Source: a virus. Taken from it: DNA of 63,234 nucleotides. The translations under genes were made by a program, and so were the position numbers. Shown here one piece after another: positions 8,736 through 16,757 of this stretch. Position 1 is the stretch's first letter. Each line of letters opens with the position of its first letter. Below the pieces are notes generated by a model, which was not told the origin of the DNA, searched no databases, and was given only the letters and a program-made list of their open reading frames with translations. Location: IMG/VR virus record IMGVR_UViG_3300045988_163731. One strand, given 5' to 3'.

Positions 8736-9455
8736 TTAATTTTGTTGTCTCTTCCCTTTTGCGTTTAAGATTTCAAAAATCATATTAGCTTGTTCTTTAT
8801 CTGTTGTAGATATTGACACGAATATTGTTTGAAGAACTTGATCTCTTATTGCTTTTAATATTTCTACATACTGCGACGAATATACATCTTCCCTACCACA
8901 CCATTTTGTCAAATATTTCCTAATATTTTTTTCTTCTAATTGTTCATAAAAAAACTTATACGCTTCTTCCATACGGCATTCTTCCTCACCCACCGCTTCT
9001 TGAAGATAATTCTTCTCTCTATCTTGTATATAATACGAAAAGAACGGATAATGTGATTGACTTTTTAGAATACGCACAGGCTCTCCATTATCATCTTCAG
9101 TCATTATATATCTAAACAGCTGCTTACTAAGTTTTTCTTCACCAAGCTGGCGAAATCTATCCGAAAGAGCAGAAAAAAGTATTGTAATTGTAGTCAATCG
9201 TTGTTGCCCATCAACTACTTGTATCTCCTTATCAGTCCCTTCGGCATAGTCACCTATAAATAACATAGTTCCCAAGAAATATTGACTATTAACGACCTTT
9301 CCATCCTTTATAGATAAACAACTCAACATATCTTCCAAAAACTCTTTATAATTCTTCTTATCCCATGAATATTCCCTTTGAAACCTCGGAATCAGAAATT
9401 GCCTACCTGAAACTAATACTTCTCTAATCGTCGTATCATATAGTTTTATATTCAT
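8736..9455 (-). CDS. DUF262 (ParB/Srx-like, GmrSD N-terminal type) domain protein. It lacks the DUF1524/HNH half and may be 3'-truncated.
   Basis: IPRFQREYSW...YFLGTMLF...VVDGQQRLTTITILF is the DUF262 signature. The ORF stops at ILNAKGKRQQN, inside the conserved LN.RG..L..DLIKN block as I recall it. Confidence 0.65.
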   Translation of the reverse strand: MNIKLYDTTIREVLVSGRQFLIPRFQREYSWDKKNYKEFLEDMLSCLSIKDGKVVNSQYFLGTMLFIGDYAEGTDKEIQVVDGQQRLTTITILFSALSDRFRQLGEEKLSKQLFRYIMTEDDNGEPVRILKSQSHYPFFSYYIQDREKNYLQEAVGEEECRMEEAYKFFYEQLEEKNIRKYLTKWCGREDVYSSQYVEILKAIRDQVLQTIFVSISTTDKEQANMIFEILNAKGKRQQN

Positions 9456-9526
9456 TTTTTAGTACCTCCACATTTTATTACATCATATCACAATGGGGTG
9501 GCAAATCACCACCCCTATTGCAACCA

Positions 9527-10015
9527 TCACTTCAACCTATATGAAAGTTTTTCAAACTTGCTGGAATAAGCCTCTATACATTCACATGATAAACTACCCA
9601 CGATATTGTTTATCTCTGTAATTTTCTGATTGAGATATTCAATTACACCCTCCACTGACTTCAATTCATATTCCAGGCGAAAAATCGTTTTGTGTCTACT
9701 CTCGACACGCTCGTCAATGTTAGCAATGATTTTTTCAGCATTGATTCTCTTGCCGTCCAACATATCTGACAGCCTTATAGAAAAAATTGTTGCGGCAGAG
9801 TCGTTGTATATTCCATCACGACGGCGGATTGTAATCCAATCACTGTAATTGGATTTATCTTCATAGCAGCCAATATCGGCAAAAGCCTTGCCAAACCTGC
9901 AATTATAGCACTTGCCGTCAAAGGCCTTTACGATAGCCTTTACAGGCTCGACCATATCCAGGGACTTTTTATACTCACGGATACGGACTTGTAATTTTTC
10001 TTGTTCTTTTGTCAT
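9527..10015 (-). CDS. Hypothetical protein
   Basis: ORF in the leftward early operon. Confidence 0.5.
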   Translation of the reverse strand: MTKEQEKLQVRIREYKKSLDMVEPVKAIVKAFDGKCYNCRFGKAFADIGCYEDKSNYSDWITIRRRDGIYNDSAATIFSIRLSDMLDGKRINAEKIIANIDERVESRHKTIFRLEYELKSVEGVIEYLNQKITEINNIVGSLSCECIEAYSSKFEKLSYRLK

Positions 10016-10099
10016 GGTGTAAAACCTCCTTTGATTTAGGCTGATAGCCTTTATCAGTCCTACCAGATGGCGGGTATCTGGTAGGCTAGATAAAATCTA

Positions 10100-10603
10100 T
10101 CATGCGGTTAATGCTTTACGGCCTTTGGAGGTGAAAACCTCACTTCCATGCAAATTTCTAATCTGGTCCATGTCAAGGGTTTTTCTAGTAGTCTTGACAT
10201 AATCGGCAGGCCTCCAATACCACAGCTTCTTTTTAGAAGCCCAGCGGCAGCCAACTTCCTTGATTGCGGTTTTGTTCTGGAAAGTGTTACCACTTATCCA
10301 GATCCAATCGCCGCAAACCTCCAATTCCAGCCCGTCCAGCTTCATTAACTTGTCAAGGGCTGTTCTGAACTCGTCAGACTGGAAGTCATAGCAGGTATTG
10401 GCTTTAGCTCCTCCCTGCTTGCCTCCCTTGCGGTTGCCGTCCTCGTCGAATAGGTGAGCCAAAGCCCATTCATACTCTAGGACAATTGCAACCATAACTT
10501 CATGGTCACCGCCTTTGTCTGGGTGGTTTTTAAGTACCAGCTTGTGGTAAGCCTTTTTTAATTCCTTTACATTCTGAACATCTTTGAAATACTGTAATTT
10601 CAT
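10100..10603 (-). CDS. J-domain (DnaJ-like) protein
   Basis: KELKKAYHKLVLKNHPDKGGDHE carries the HPD motif. RBS GGAGGG precedes the ATG. Confidence 0.85.
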   Translation of the reverse strand: MKLQYFKDVQNVKELKKAYHKLVLKNHPDKGGDHEVMVAIVLEYEWALAHLFDEDGNRKGGKQGGAKANTCYDFQSDEFRTALDKLMKLDGLELEVCGDWIWISGNTFQNKTAIKEVGCRWASKKKLWYWRPADYVKTTRKTLDMDQIRNLHGSEVFTSKGRKALTA

Positions 10604-10639
10604 TTTTAAACCCTCCTAAATCAATTTTGTTTATTTGTC

Positions 10640-10723
10640 CTTAACCTGCACACAGTACCAGGATAATGAAATACACGCTAACCGCTACAAATATGTAGTC
10701 TATAATCTTTTTTACTGTTTTCA
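10640..10723 (-). CDS. Possible 27-aa hydrophobic micro-protein (MKTVKKIIDYIFVAVSVYFIILVLCAG)
   Basis: GAGGAGGTGAAAGC-ATG on the minus strand. Sits between two operon genes. Confidence 0.3.
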
Positions 10724-10918
10724 TGCTTTCACCTCCTCAAGTACAGTGTCAAGCAATTGTTCCGGTGTTAAATTATTAGCCTGGCAGTAAGTTATTATTT
10801 GCCCTACCAGACGTTCAGCGTATGCTTTTTGTGTGAGCTCGTCTCTTGCTGTAGCTACTTGCATAGCTTTAGTGATAATGTCAGTGGCCACTACTCTTTT
10901 GAAATAATCTTTAGTCAT
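10721..10918 (-). CDS. Hypothetical protein, first gene of the leftward early operon
   Basis: ORF with an RBS (GGAGG) before the ATG. Confidence 0.5.
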   Translation of the reverse strand: MTKDYFKRVVATDIITKAMQVATARDELTQKAYAERLVGQIITYCQANNLTPEQLLDTVLEEVKA

Positions 10919-10970
10919 TTTGAAAACCTCCTAAATAAAATTGCTGTTTCAATAAGCAATAACGCTTATT

Positions 10971-11007
10971 TTGATTACATAGTAGCACGGTATTTTTGAC
11001 TTGTCAA
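10971..11007 (-). promoter_or_regulatory. Leftward sigma-A-type promoter (TTGACA-17-TACTAT) with an embedded TTGAC-TT-GTCAA palindrome. Copy 1 of a 37-bp repeat.
   Basis: Exact 37-mer TTGATTACATAGTAGCACGGTATTTTTGACTTGTCAA, present again at 12037-12073. Confidence 0.55.
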
Positions 11008-11041
11008 GCATTTTTTATTATAAAATAAGTTTTTTTGCTTA

Positions 11042-11070
11042 TTGAGTAAGTAGAAAATTTTTGATATAAT
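11042..11070 (+). promoter_or_regulatory. Rightward promoter TTGAGT-17-TATAAT for the small HTH regulator gene
   Basis: Read directly in the sequence: -35 at 11042-11047, -10 at 11065-11070. Confidence 0.45.
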
Positions 11071-11089
11071 TTGTATGGAGGTGTTGAAA

Positions 11090-11293
11090 ATGGATAAAAA
11101 AGAGTTTAAAAAAATGTGGCAGAAATTTTTGATAGACTCAGAAAATACTAATGCTGCCATTGCAGAGGTGGAGGGCTGCACGCCACAAACTCTAGGCAGA
11201 AAAATAAATGACGGTACTATACGACTTTTAGAAGCAGCAAGTATCTTTGAAAAATACGGCTACCGCCTGGAGTTAGTGAAAGATGAGAAGTAG
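11090..11293 (+). CDS. Small HTH DNA-binding regulator
   Basis: RBS GGAGGTG before the ATG at 11090. The helix-turn-helix is AAIAEVEGCTPQTLGRKIN. Confidence 0.55.
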   Translation: MDKKEFKKMWQKFLIDSENTNAAIAEVEGCTPQTLGRKINDGTIRLLEAASIFEKYGYRLELVKDEK

Positions 11294-11328
11294 CACCAGA
11301 ACCGGTACAATAAAAAAGGCATAAGAAA

Positions 11329-11356
11329 AGACCTGCCAAACGGCAGGCCTTTTTGA
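11329..11356. terminator. Bidirectional terminator
   Basis: CCTGCC-AAAC-GGCAGG, with an A-run before and a T-run after. Confidence 0.45.
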
Positions 11357-11366
11357 TTGTATCTTT

Positions 11367-11705
11367 TTATTCGATGTCAAGCACCCATAGAAAATTTGCT
11401 TTTGTGCAAAGTGCTTCCCCGTCCTCGTCGTAGTCTGGGAGTTCGTCTGCACATGGACCGGTACAAATCATTTTGCCGTTTTCTTCCTGGGGGCCGCATA
11501 GCTCACCTACATAATGAGATACAGTCCCAATTATATAATCCTCTATGCTAGAGGTATCCGGGCCGTCATAGTGTCCTTCTTTGATACTCTCTAAAGCGTT
11601 TTCATAATCTTCTTTTAGCTCTTTACGGCAAGCCTCTTTGCTTTCCTCGTCCAAAGCCTCCCAAACCTGCCACCAAAAGCCGAATACTTCTACTTTCTTA
11701 TCCAT
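11367..11705 (-). CDS. Acidic hypothetical protein
   Basis: ORF. Second gene of the short leftward operon driven by the 12037-12073 promoter copy. Confidence 0.5.
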   Translation of the reverse strand: MDKKVEVFGFWWQVWEALDEESKEACRKELKEDYENALESIKEGHYDGPDTSSIEDYIIGTVSHYVGELCGPQEENGKMICTGPCADELPDYDEDGEALCTKANFLWVLDIE

Positions 11706-11949
11706 GATAACTCATCCTTTCCGTCTCCTCCTCAATATCTGTAGCACCTACAGACTTGATAAAGTCTGACATTTCGTCAGACCATGTCTCACCCTCGACC
11801 GTTTCGGCCTTTATAATGGCCGGGTTATCGAAGTAAGGCCCGGCCCAACCTCCGGGATATGCTTTTGCCCAGTCATAGACTAGGGTTGTGGTATGGTAAT
11901 TGTTGCCGTACCACTCTGTACGGCATTCAAATTCAAATCTTTTTTCCAT
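11698..11949 (-). CDS. Hypothetical protein
   Basis: ORF. Its 8-nt overlap with the downstream gene suggests coupling. Confidence 0.5.
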   Translation of the reverse strand: MEKRFEFECRTEWYGNNYHTTTLVYDWAKAYPGGWAGPYFDNPAIIKAETVEGETWSDEMSDFIKSVGATDIEEETERMSYHG

Positions 11950-12036
11950 TTTATACCATCCTTTCTGCCTCCCAGATGGAGGCCTACAAGCCTATAAAAT
12001 AAACTTTAAAGCTGATTTATAAGCTATATTGTTTAT

Positions 12037-12073
12037 CTTGATTACATAGTAGCACGGTATTTTTGACTTGTCA
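12037..12073 (-). promoter_or_regulatory. Copy 2 of the 37-bp leftward promoter/operator repeat
   Basis: Identical 37-mer to 10971-11007. Confidence 0.55.
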
Positions 12074-12399
12074 ATGCTTTTTTGAAAATATTTTGATGTT
12101 CGTTTTTACCTGCATAGCTACAAAGTCAGATGTAGCAAAGGATTGATGGATATATAAAAACATAAAAAAAGAACACAAAAGTATAGACAAAAAAGCTATT
12201 TTAAGGTATAATATTTGTATAGTGATATAGTATATGCAAAGGTCTGGAGAGTGTGCCAGGCCTTTTCTTTTGTCCTTTTACAAATAATTCATTGTACAAA
12301 TTTAATGATTTTTGCTGTATAAATAGAACAAAGATAAAAAATATCCCGACTTAATACAAAAACTATCAAATAATTTGTATAATGACTTAGAAATATAGT

Positions 12400-12840
12400 G
12401 CCATCTGGGGCATGAAAGCATATATAAAGACTATATAGTATATGCGTGTATGTGCTTACATGCGTATGTGACAAAGGAAAGCACTTGAGCCAGCTCACAA
12501 AAGCTATGTATATCATATAGAAGTAAAGCAGCATTGGAGCCATAAAAGGTATGGAGAGCTGAAAGCAAGTGCCAGATGAAAGCATAGGTAAATGCATAGA
12601 GTATATATGTTCGTGCCTATATATCATCATAAAGGTACATAAGTAGATATAAAAGATAGATACCAGGGCATAAGATAGCATATAAAGCCAGATACATAGT
12701 ACAGTGCTATAAAGTCTATAAAGAAGTATAGATATATAGTAAGGATATATCAGTGTAAAGATATTACTATCATTGATATATATCATCAGTATCATAGTAA
12801 AGCACTGTTAGTGATATTGCATTAAAGTCCTGCTATTATC
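12400..12840. repeat. Strand-biased, purine-rich low-complexity tract (ATAG/AAAG/GCATA-rich) with no credible ORF
   Basis: The top strand has almost no C or T runs. The only ORF (12289-12795, minus strand) translates to I/Y/L/S low-complexity sequence. Confidence 0.5.
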
Positions 12841-13213
12841 AATGACATCATAGAGAAGTTTGAGCATTGCCGGTGACATCATAGAGAATCTTTTGGGCTA
12901 TCTAAACAAACTATCCGAAAATCTATTCCTTTTTAATCTGATAGACAAGGATATTCATTATTGTTAATTCAAAAGTATAAATTATTGAAATGAAAGCAAA
13001 GTAGCAAATCTGGAGCTTATTTAAAAGGAAGATAGATGCATAGAACACACTATATAATTTAATGGATATGTTCTGCTATTTTGTCCACCTGCTGCAAACT
13101 GTCAAAAAGTCAAACAATATAATGGTAGATTTTGCCAATGCTGAACGGATTCAATCCATTGATATGACTAGGCTAGAGGGCTTTTCTCTTTACCTCCTAT
13201 AACTGTCAATTAT

Positions 13214-13292
13214 CGGATGTAATAGGCGCGTAGGCAGGCGTGGCGCGCTCGTGTGTAGGCGCGGTCGCTCGCCCCCAGGCGCGTAGTTAATT
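13214..13292. other. GC-rich island with reiterated (T)AGGCGCG motifs. Candidate terminase recognition (cos/pac) site upstream of terS.
   Basis: TAGGCGCGTAGGCAGGCGTGGCGCGCTCGTGTGTAGGCGCGGTCGCTCGCCCCCAGGCGCGTAG sits in an otherwise AT-rich 1.4-kb non-coding region, about 200 bp before terS. Confidence 0.35.
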
Positions 13293-13487
13293 GTTGTTCT
13301 AATAATGTCATATACACATAAAAAACAGGGGGTAGGGGGTGGGGTAGGGACTACCTATATTTACCCCTGTCATTTACCCTATGGAGTCCCCCTCTCGCAC
13401 AAAATATGCAAAATTATAAACTTTGCTTCCATAAAAAACACTAAAGTCAAAAAGATAAATGGAAAGCAAGCAAAGGAGGTGATTTAA

Positions 13488-14042
13488 GTGGCGTTGCTAA
13501 ATGATATGAATTTGGAACTAGGAGTAAATGGCCTAAAGAAAAATGGAGTCATGCCTGAACCAGAGCGAGCTAAAAAAGTTTACGGATTGACTTATAAGAA
13601 GTATCTGTTTTGTAAGTACTATCACGAAACACAGAACGCCACACGGGCAGCAGAAATGGCTGGCTACAAAGGAACCTCCAGAACGGCATTAGGAGTTAAG
13701 GGGAGTAAGCTACTTGACGAAAAGGGCGTATCTGACTACCTGACACATTTGGAAAGCATACAGGAAGCAAAGATGGCTAAAAATGGTATATATAGTCTGT
13801 CCATGACAGAGGTATTTGATATGTATGTAGACTTAGCTCAAAGCACTGAGAATGACAGTGTAAAGAGAGCTGCGTTGGCTGATATGACAAAGATACTAGG
13901 CGGATTTGCTCCAAAGGAAGTGAATATCACCCAGGACATAAATATCAGCAATCAGTTACAGGAAGCTAGGCAGAGGCAGATAGAGTACGCTCACAAGCGC
14001 CTAGCGATGAACACAATAGATGTAAAGGCAAGGGAGTGTTAG
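13488..14042 (+). CDS. terS: Terminase small subunit (Terminase_2/P27-type), GTG start
   Basis: LTYKKYLFCKYYHETQNATRAAEMAGYKGTSRTALGVKGSKLL matches the terS family signature. RBS AAAGGAGGTGA. Confidence 0.85.
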   Translation: MALLNDMNLELGVNGLKKNGVMPEPERAKKVYGLTYKKYLFCKYYHETQNATRAAEMAGYKGTSRTALGVKGSKLLDEKGVSDYLTHLESIQEAKMAKNGIYSLSMTEVFDMYVDLAQSTENDSVKRAALADMTKILGGFAPKEVNITQDINISNQLQEARQRQIEYAHKRLAMNTIDVKAREC

Positions 14043-14262
14043 GCTGCTGTTGTGCGCCAGTGACCTAACATTTTTTAAGGCGGGTAACACCGCCTTTTTA
14101 TATGTCTGCTATGAGGTAATGGCCTTATAGTAGGCTGAGTTTTTCATAATCCTCCTTTTCTTTTATTAGCGGTGTGTCTTTATGGCATACCGCCTTTTTT
14201 ATGGGCGATTCCAGAGTGTGTTGGTGCAACTCCAACTAGCCCTATTATTACGAGGTGAGCAC

Positions 14263-16743
14263 ATGAGTAATCCACAAAGTGAATTAGTAGAGTTCTTGGC
14301 ACAATTTACCCACGACCCATTAGGATTTGTGTATTCCTGCTTTCCTTGGGGTAAGGATGAATTGGCGAATTACAAAGGTCCCGATGCCTGGCAGATTGAG
14401 ATACTTGAAAAGCTAGGTAAAGGCCTCATAAATATTGAAGAAGCAATAAGGCTGGCTGTGGCATCAGGTCATGGGATTGGAAAGGCCAGTACAGATGTTC
14501 TGATTATTGATACGCCTAATGGCAAGCAAAGATGGGGCGATTTAAAAGTAGGTGACTATGTATTTGGGGCTGATGGCAAGCCAGTAAAAATAATTGGCAC
14601 TAGAAAATATAAAGCCATACCTTTCTACAGGGTAACGTTTGATGATGATAGCTATTGCGAGGTTTCCAGCGGCCACTTGTGGAACGTAAAGAACCGCAAT
14701 GACAGGAGAACTGGTAAAGGCTGGCGAACTCTTTCCACTTTGGAAATAGTTGAGGCTGGGGTGCTTCGCAAATCAGGTTACAAGCCTAATGGTGAACAAC
14801 ATTGGGCAAAACAATGGGAGATACCAATACAGGGTGCAGCAGAATTTCCACACAAGGAAACTTTGCTACACCCTTATTTATTAGGGGTATGGTTAGGAGA
14901 TGGCAGCAGAGAACAGCCTACCTACACAAAGCCGTATCCAGAAATTAGGAATAAACTAAAAGCCCTTGGATATAGTGTTAAGCTCTGTAAAGATGACAAA
15001 CGAAACTACATAAAAGGCATAAAACATTTGCTTGTAGATAAGGTGTTTTCCTGCCGTAGCTTTAATCGTTATATCCCTGACGAATACAAATACAACGATG
15101 TTGCTAGTCGTAAAGAGCTGCTATGCGGCTTGCTTGATACTGATGGAGAGATAAACAAAAAAAGTTCTATTCTCTATTCCACCACCAGCAAGCAGTTAGC
15201 AGAAGATGTCCTGTGGTTGGTTCGTTCATTAGGTGGTAAAGCCCAATTGCAGCCAACTGACAAGCAGGGCTGGTACTATGACGACAACCGCAATAGGGTA
15301 AATTGTAGGTTTTGTTATCGCATAACAATGACTTTGCCATTTAACCCTTTCTCAATAAAACATCGCAAGGAAAGGTACAAGCCTAATATTGAGGATAGAT
15401 ACCGCAAGAGGTTCATTGCTTCTATTGAGCCAATAGGCAATGCCGATGGAATGTGCATTACAGTCGATAAGCCTGATGGTTTGTATCTGACTAACGACTT
15501 CATAGTGACTCATAATTCCTGCTTGGTTTCATGGATAGTTCTATGGGCTGTATCTACGCATGAGGATACTAGAGGCATTGTTACAGCCAATACAGAGACA
15601 CAGCTAAGGTCTAAGACTTGGCCAGAGGTGTCTAAGTGGTATCGTATGTTTATAGGCCGTGAGCTGTTTGAGATAACAGCTACAGCCATCTTTTCTGCTG
15701 ATAAAGAGCATGAAAAGACTTGGCGGATAGACGCTATCCCTTGGAGCAAGGAAAACCCCGAGGCATTTGCTGGACTTCATAACCAGGGCAAAAGGATACT
15801 TGTTATCTTCGACGAGGCTTCCGCCATTATCGACGATATATGGGAAGTTACCGAGGGTGCTATGACTGACGCCCACACTGAAATAATCTGGTGTGCTTTC
15901 GGGAATCCTACCCGTAATACTGGCAGGTTCTATGAGTGCTTCCATAGTAAGCACCGCACATGGGATACAAAACAGATTGATTCCAGAACGGTAGCCATTT
16001 CTAACAAAAAGGTACTTAACCAATGGGTAGCGGAATATGGCGAGGATTCTGACTTCGTAAAGGTCAGAGTACGCGGATTGTTCCCAGATGCAGCTGCCAA
16101 TCAGCTGATACCTAGAGGTGTGGTGCAGGAAGCTAGGGAAAGACGACCTGAGAAGAAGCAGTACTCCTTTTCTCCAGTAATCATCGGTGTGGACCCTGCA
16201 TGGACAGGGCAGGATATGTTGGCTATTGTAATGAGGCAGGGGATATATTCTCATGTTTTAAAAACTCTCACAAAGAACGACAATGACCTTGCTGTAGCCA
16301 GAATGATAGCAGGTTTCCAAGACCAATACGGAGCTAGTGCTGTGTTCATAGATATGGGCTATGGTACAGGTATTTACTCTGCCGGCAAGGATATGGGGCG
16401 TGATAATTGGCGTATTGTTCAGTTTGGTGGTAAATCAGACAAAGAAGAATACGTCAACAAGCGTGCTGAAATGTGGTTCGCTATGAAAGAGTGGTTGGTT
16501 AATGGTGGCTGCATTGATAATGAAGCATTAGCTGACGAGCTGGTAGCTCCAGAGGCTTTTGTTAATCGCTATGGTAAACACCAGTTGGAAAGTAAAGACG
16601 ATATGAAGCGCCGTGGCGTACAATCCCCGAATATGGCGGATGCCTTGGCATTGACCTTTGCTTTCCCTGTGCAGAGCGGTTGGAGTCATAAATATAAGAA
16701 ATATAGAAAAGCTGGCAAGATAGCCAAATGGGGTGCACTGTAG
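14263..16743 (+). CDS. terL: Terminase large subunit, interrupted by an in-frame intein in the Walker-A loop
   Basis: RBS GAGGTGAG before the ATG at 14263. Walker-A ASGHGIGK is split from SCLVSWIVLW by about 344 aa. The downstream nuclease region is typical of terL. Confidence 0.9.
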   Translation: MSNPQSELVEFLAQFTHDPLGFVYSCFPWGKDELANYKGPDAWQIEILEKLGKGLINIEEAIRLAVASGHGIGKASTDVLIIDTPNGKQRWGDLKVGDYVFGADGKPVKIIGTRKYKAIPFYRVTFDDDSYCEVSSGHLWNVKNRNDRRTGKGWRTLSTLEIVEAGVLRKSGYKPNGEQHWAKQWEIPIQGAAEFPHKETLLHPYLLGVWLGDGSREQPTYTKPYPEIRNKLKALGYSVKLCKDDKRNYIKGIKHLLVDKVFSCRSFNRYIPDEYKYNDVASRKELLCGLLDTDGEINKKSSILYSTTSKQLAEDVLWLVRSLGGKAQLQPTDKQGWYYDDNRNRVNCRFCYRITMTLPFNPFSIKHRKERYKPNIEDRYRKRFIASIEPIGNADGMCITVDKPDGLYLTNDFIVTHNSCLVSWIVLWAVSTHEDTRGIVTANTETQLRSKTWPEVSKWYRMFIGRELFEITATAIFSADKEHEKTWRIDAIPWSKENPEAFAGLHNQGKRILVIFDEASAIIDDIWEVTEGAMTDAHTEIIWCAFGNPTRNTGRFYECFHSKHRTWDTKQIDSRTVAISNKKVLNQWVAEYGEDSDFVKVRVRGLFPDAAANQLIPRGVVQEARERRPEKKQYSFSPVIIGVDPAWTGQDMLAIVMRQGIYSHVLKTLTKNDNDLAVARMIAGFQDQYGASAVFIDMGYGTGIYSAGKDMGRDNWRIVQFGGKSDKEEYVNKRAEMWFAMKEWLVNGGCIDNEALADELVAPEAFVNRYGKHQLESKDDMKRRGVQSPNMADALALTFAFPVQSGWSHKYKKYRKAGKIAKWGAL
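14485..15516 (+). mobile_element. LAGLIDADG homing-endonuclease intein inside terL (N-terminal boundary approximate)
   Basis: Ends with ...IVTHN followed by S(+1). Two LAGLIDADG motifs: LLGVWLGDGS and LLCGLLDTDGE. Block-A-like STDVLIIDTPNG at the start. Confidence 0.8.
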
Positions 16744-16757
16744 AGAGGAGGAGAGCT

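Noticed and set aside
12289-12795. 168-aa minus-strand ORF
   Set aside because: It translates to I/Y/L/S low-complexity sequence inside the purine/TA-rich tract. No RBS. This is a compositional artefact.
13305-13487. 60-aa ORF upstream of terS
   Set aside because: It spans the G-quadruplex motif in the non-coding packaging region. No RBS. Gly-run product.
14182-14262. Upstream extension of terL (MAYRLFYGRF...)
   Set aside because: The internal ATG at 14263 has a canonical GAGGTGAG RBS. The extension has none.
15604-16254. 216-aa minus-strand ORF
   Set aside because: Antisense to terL, which has clear homology and an intein. No RBS.
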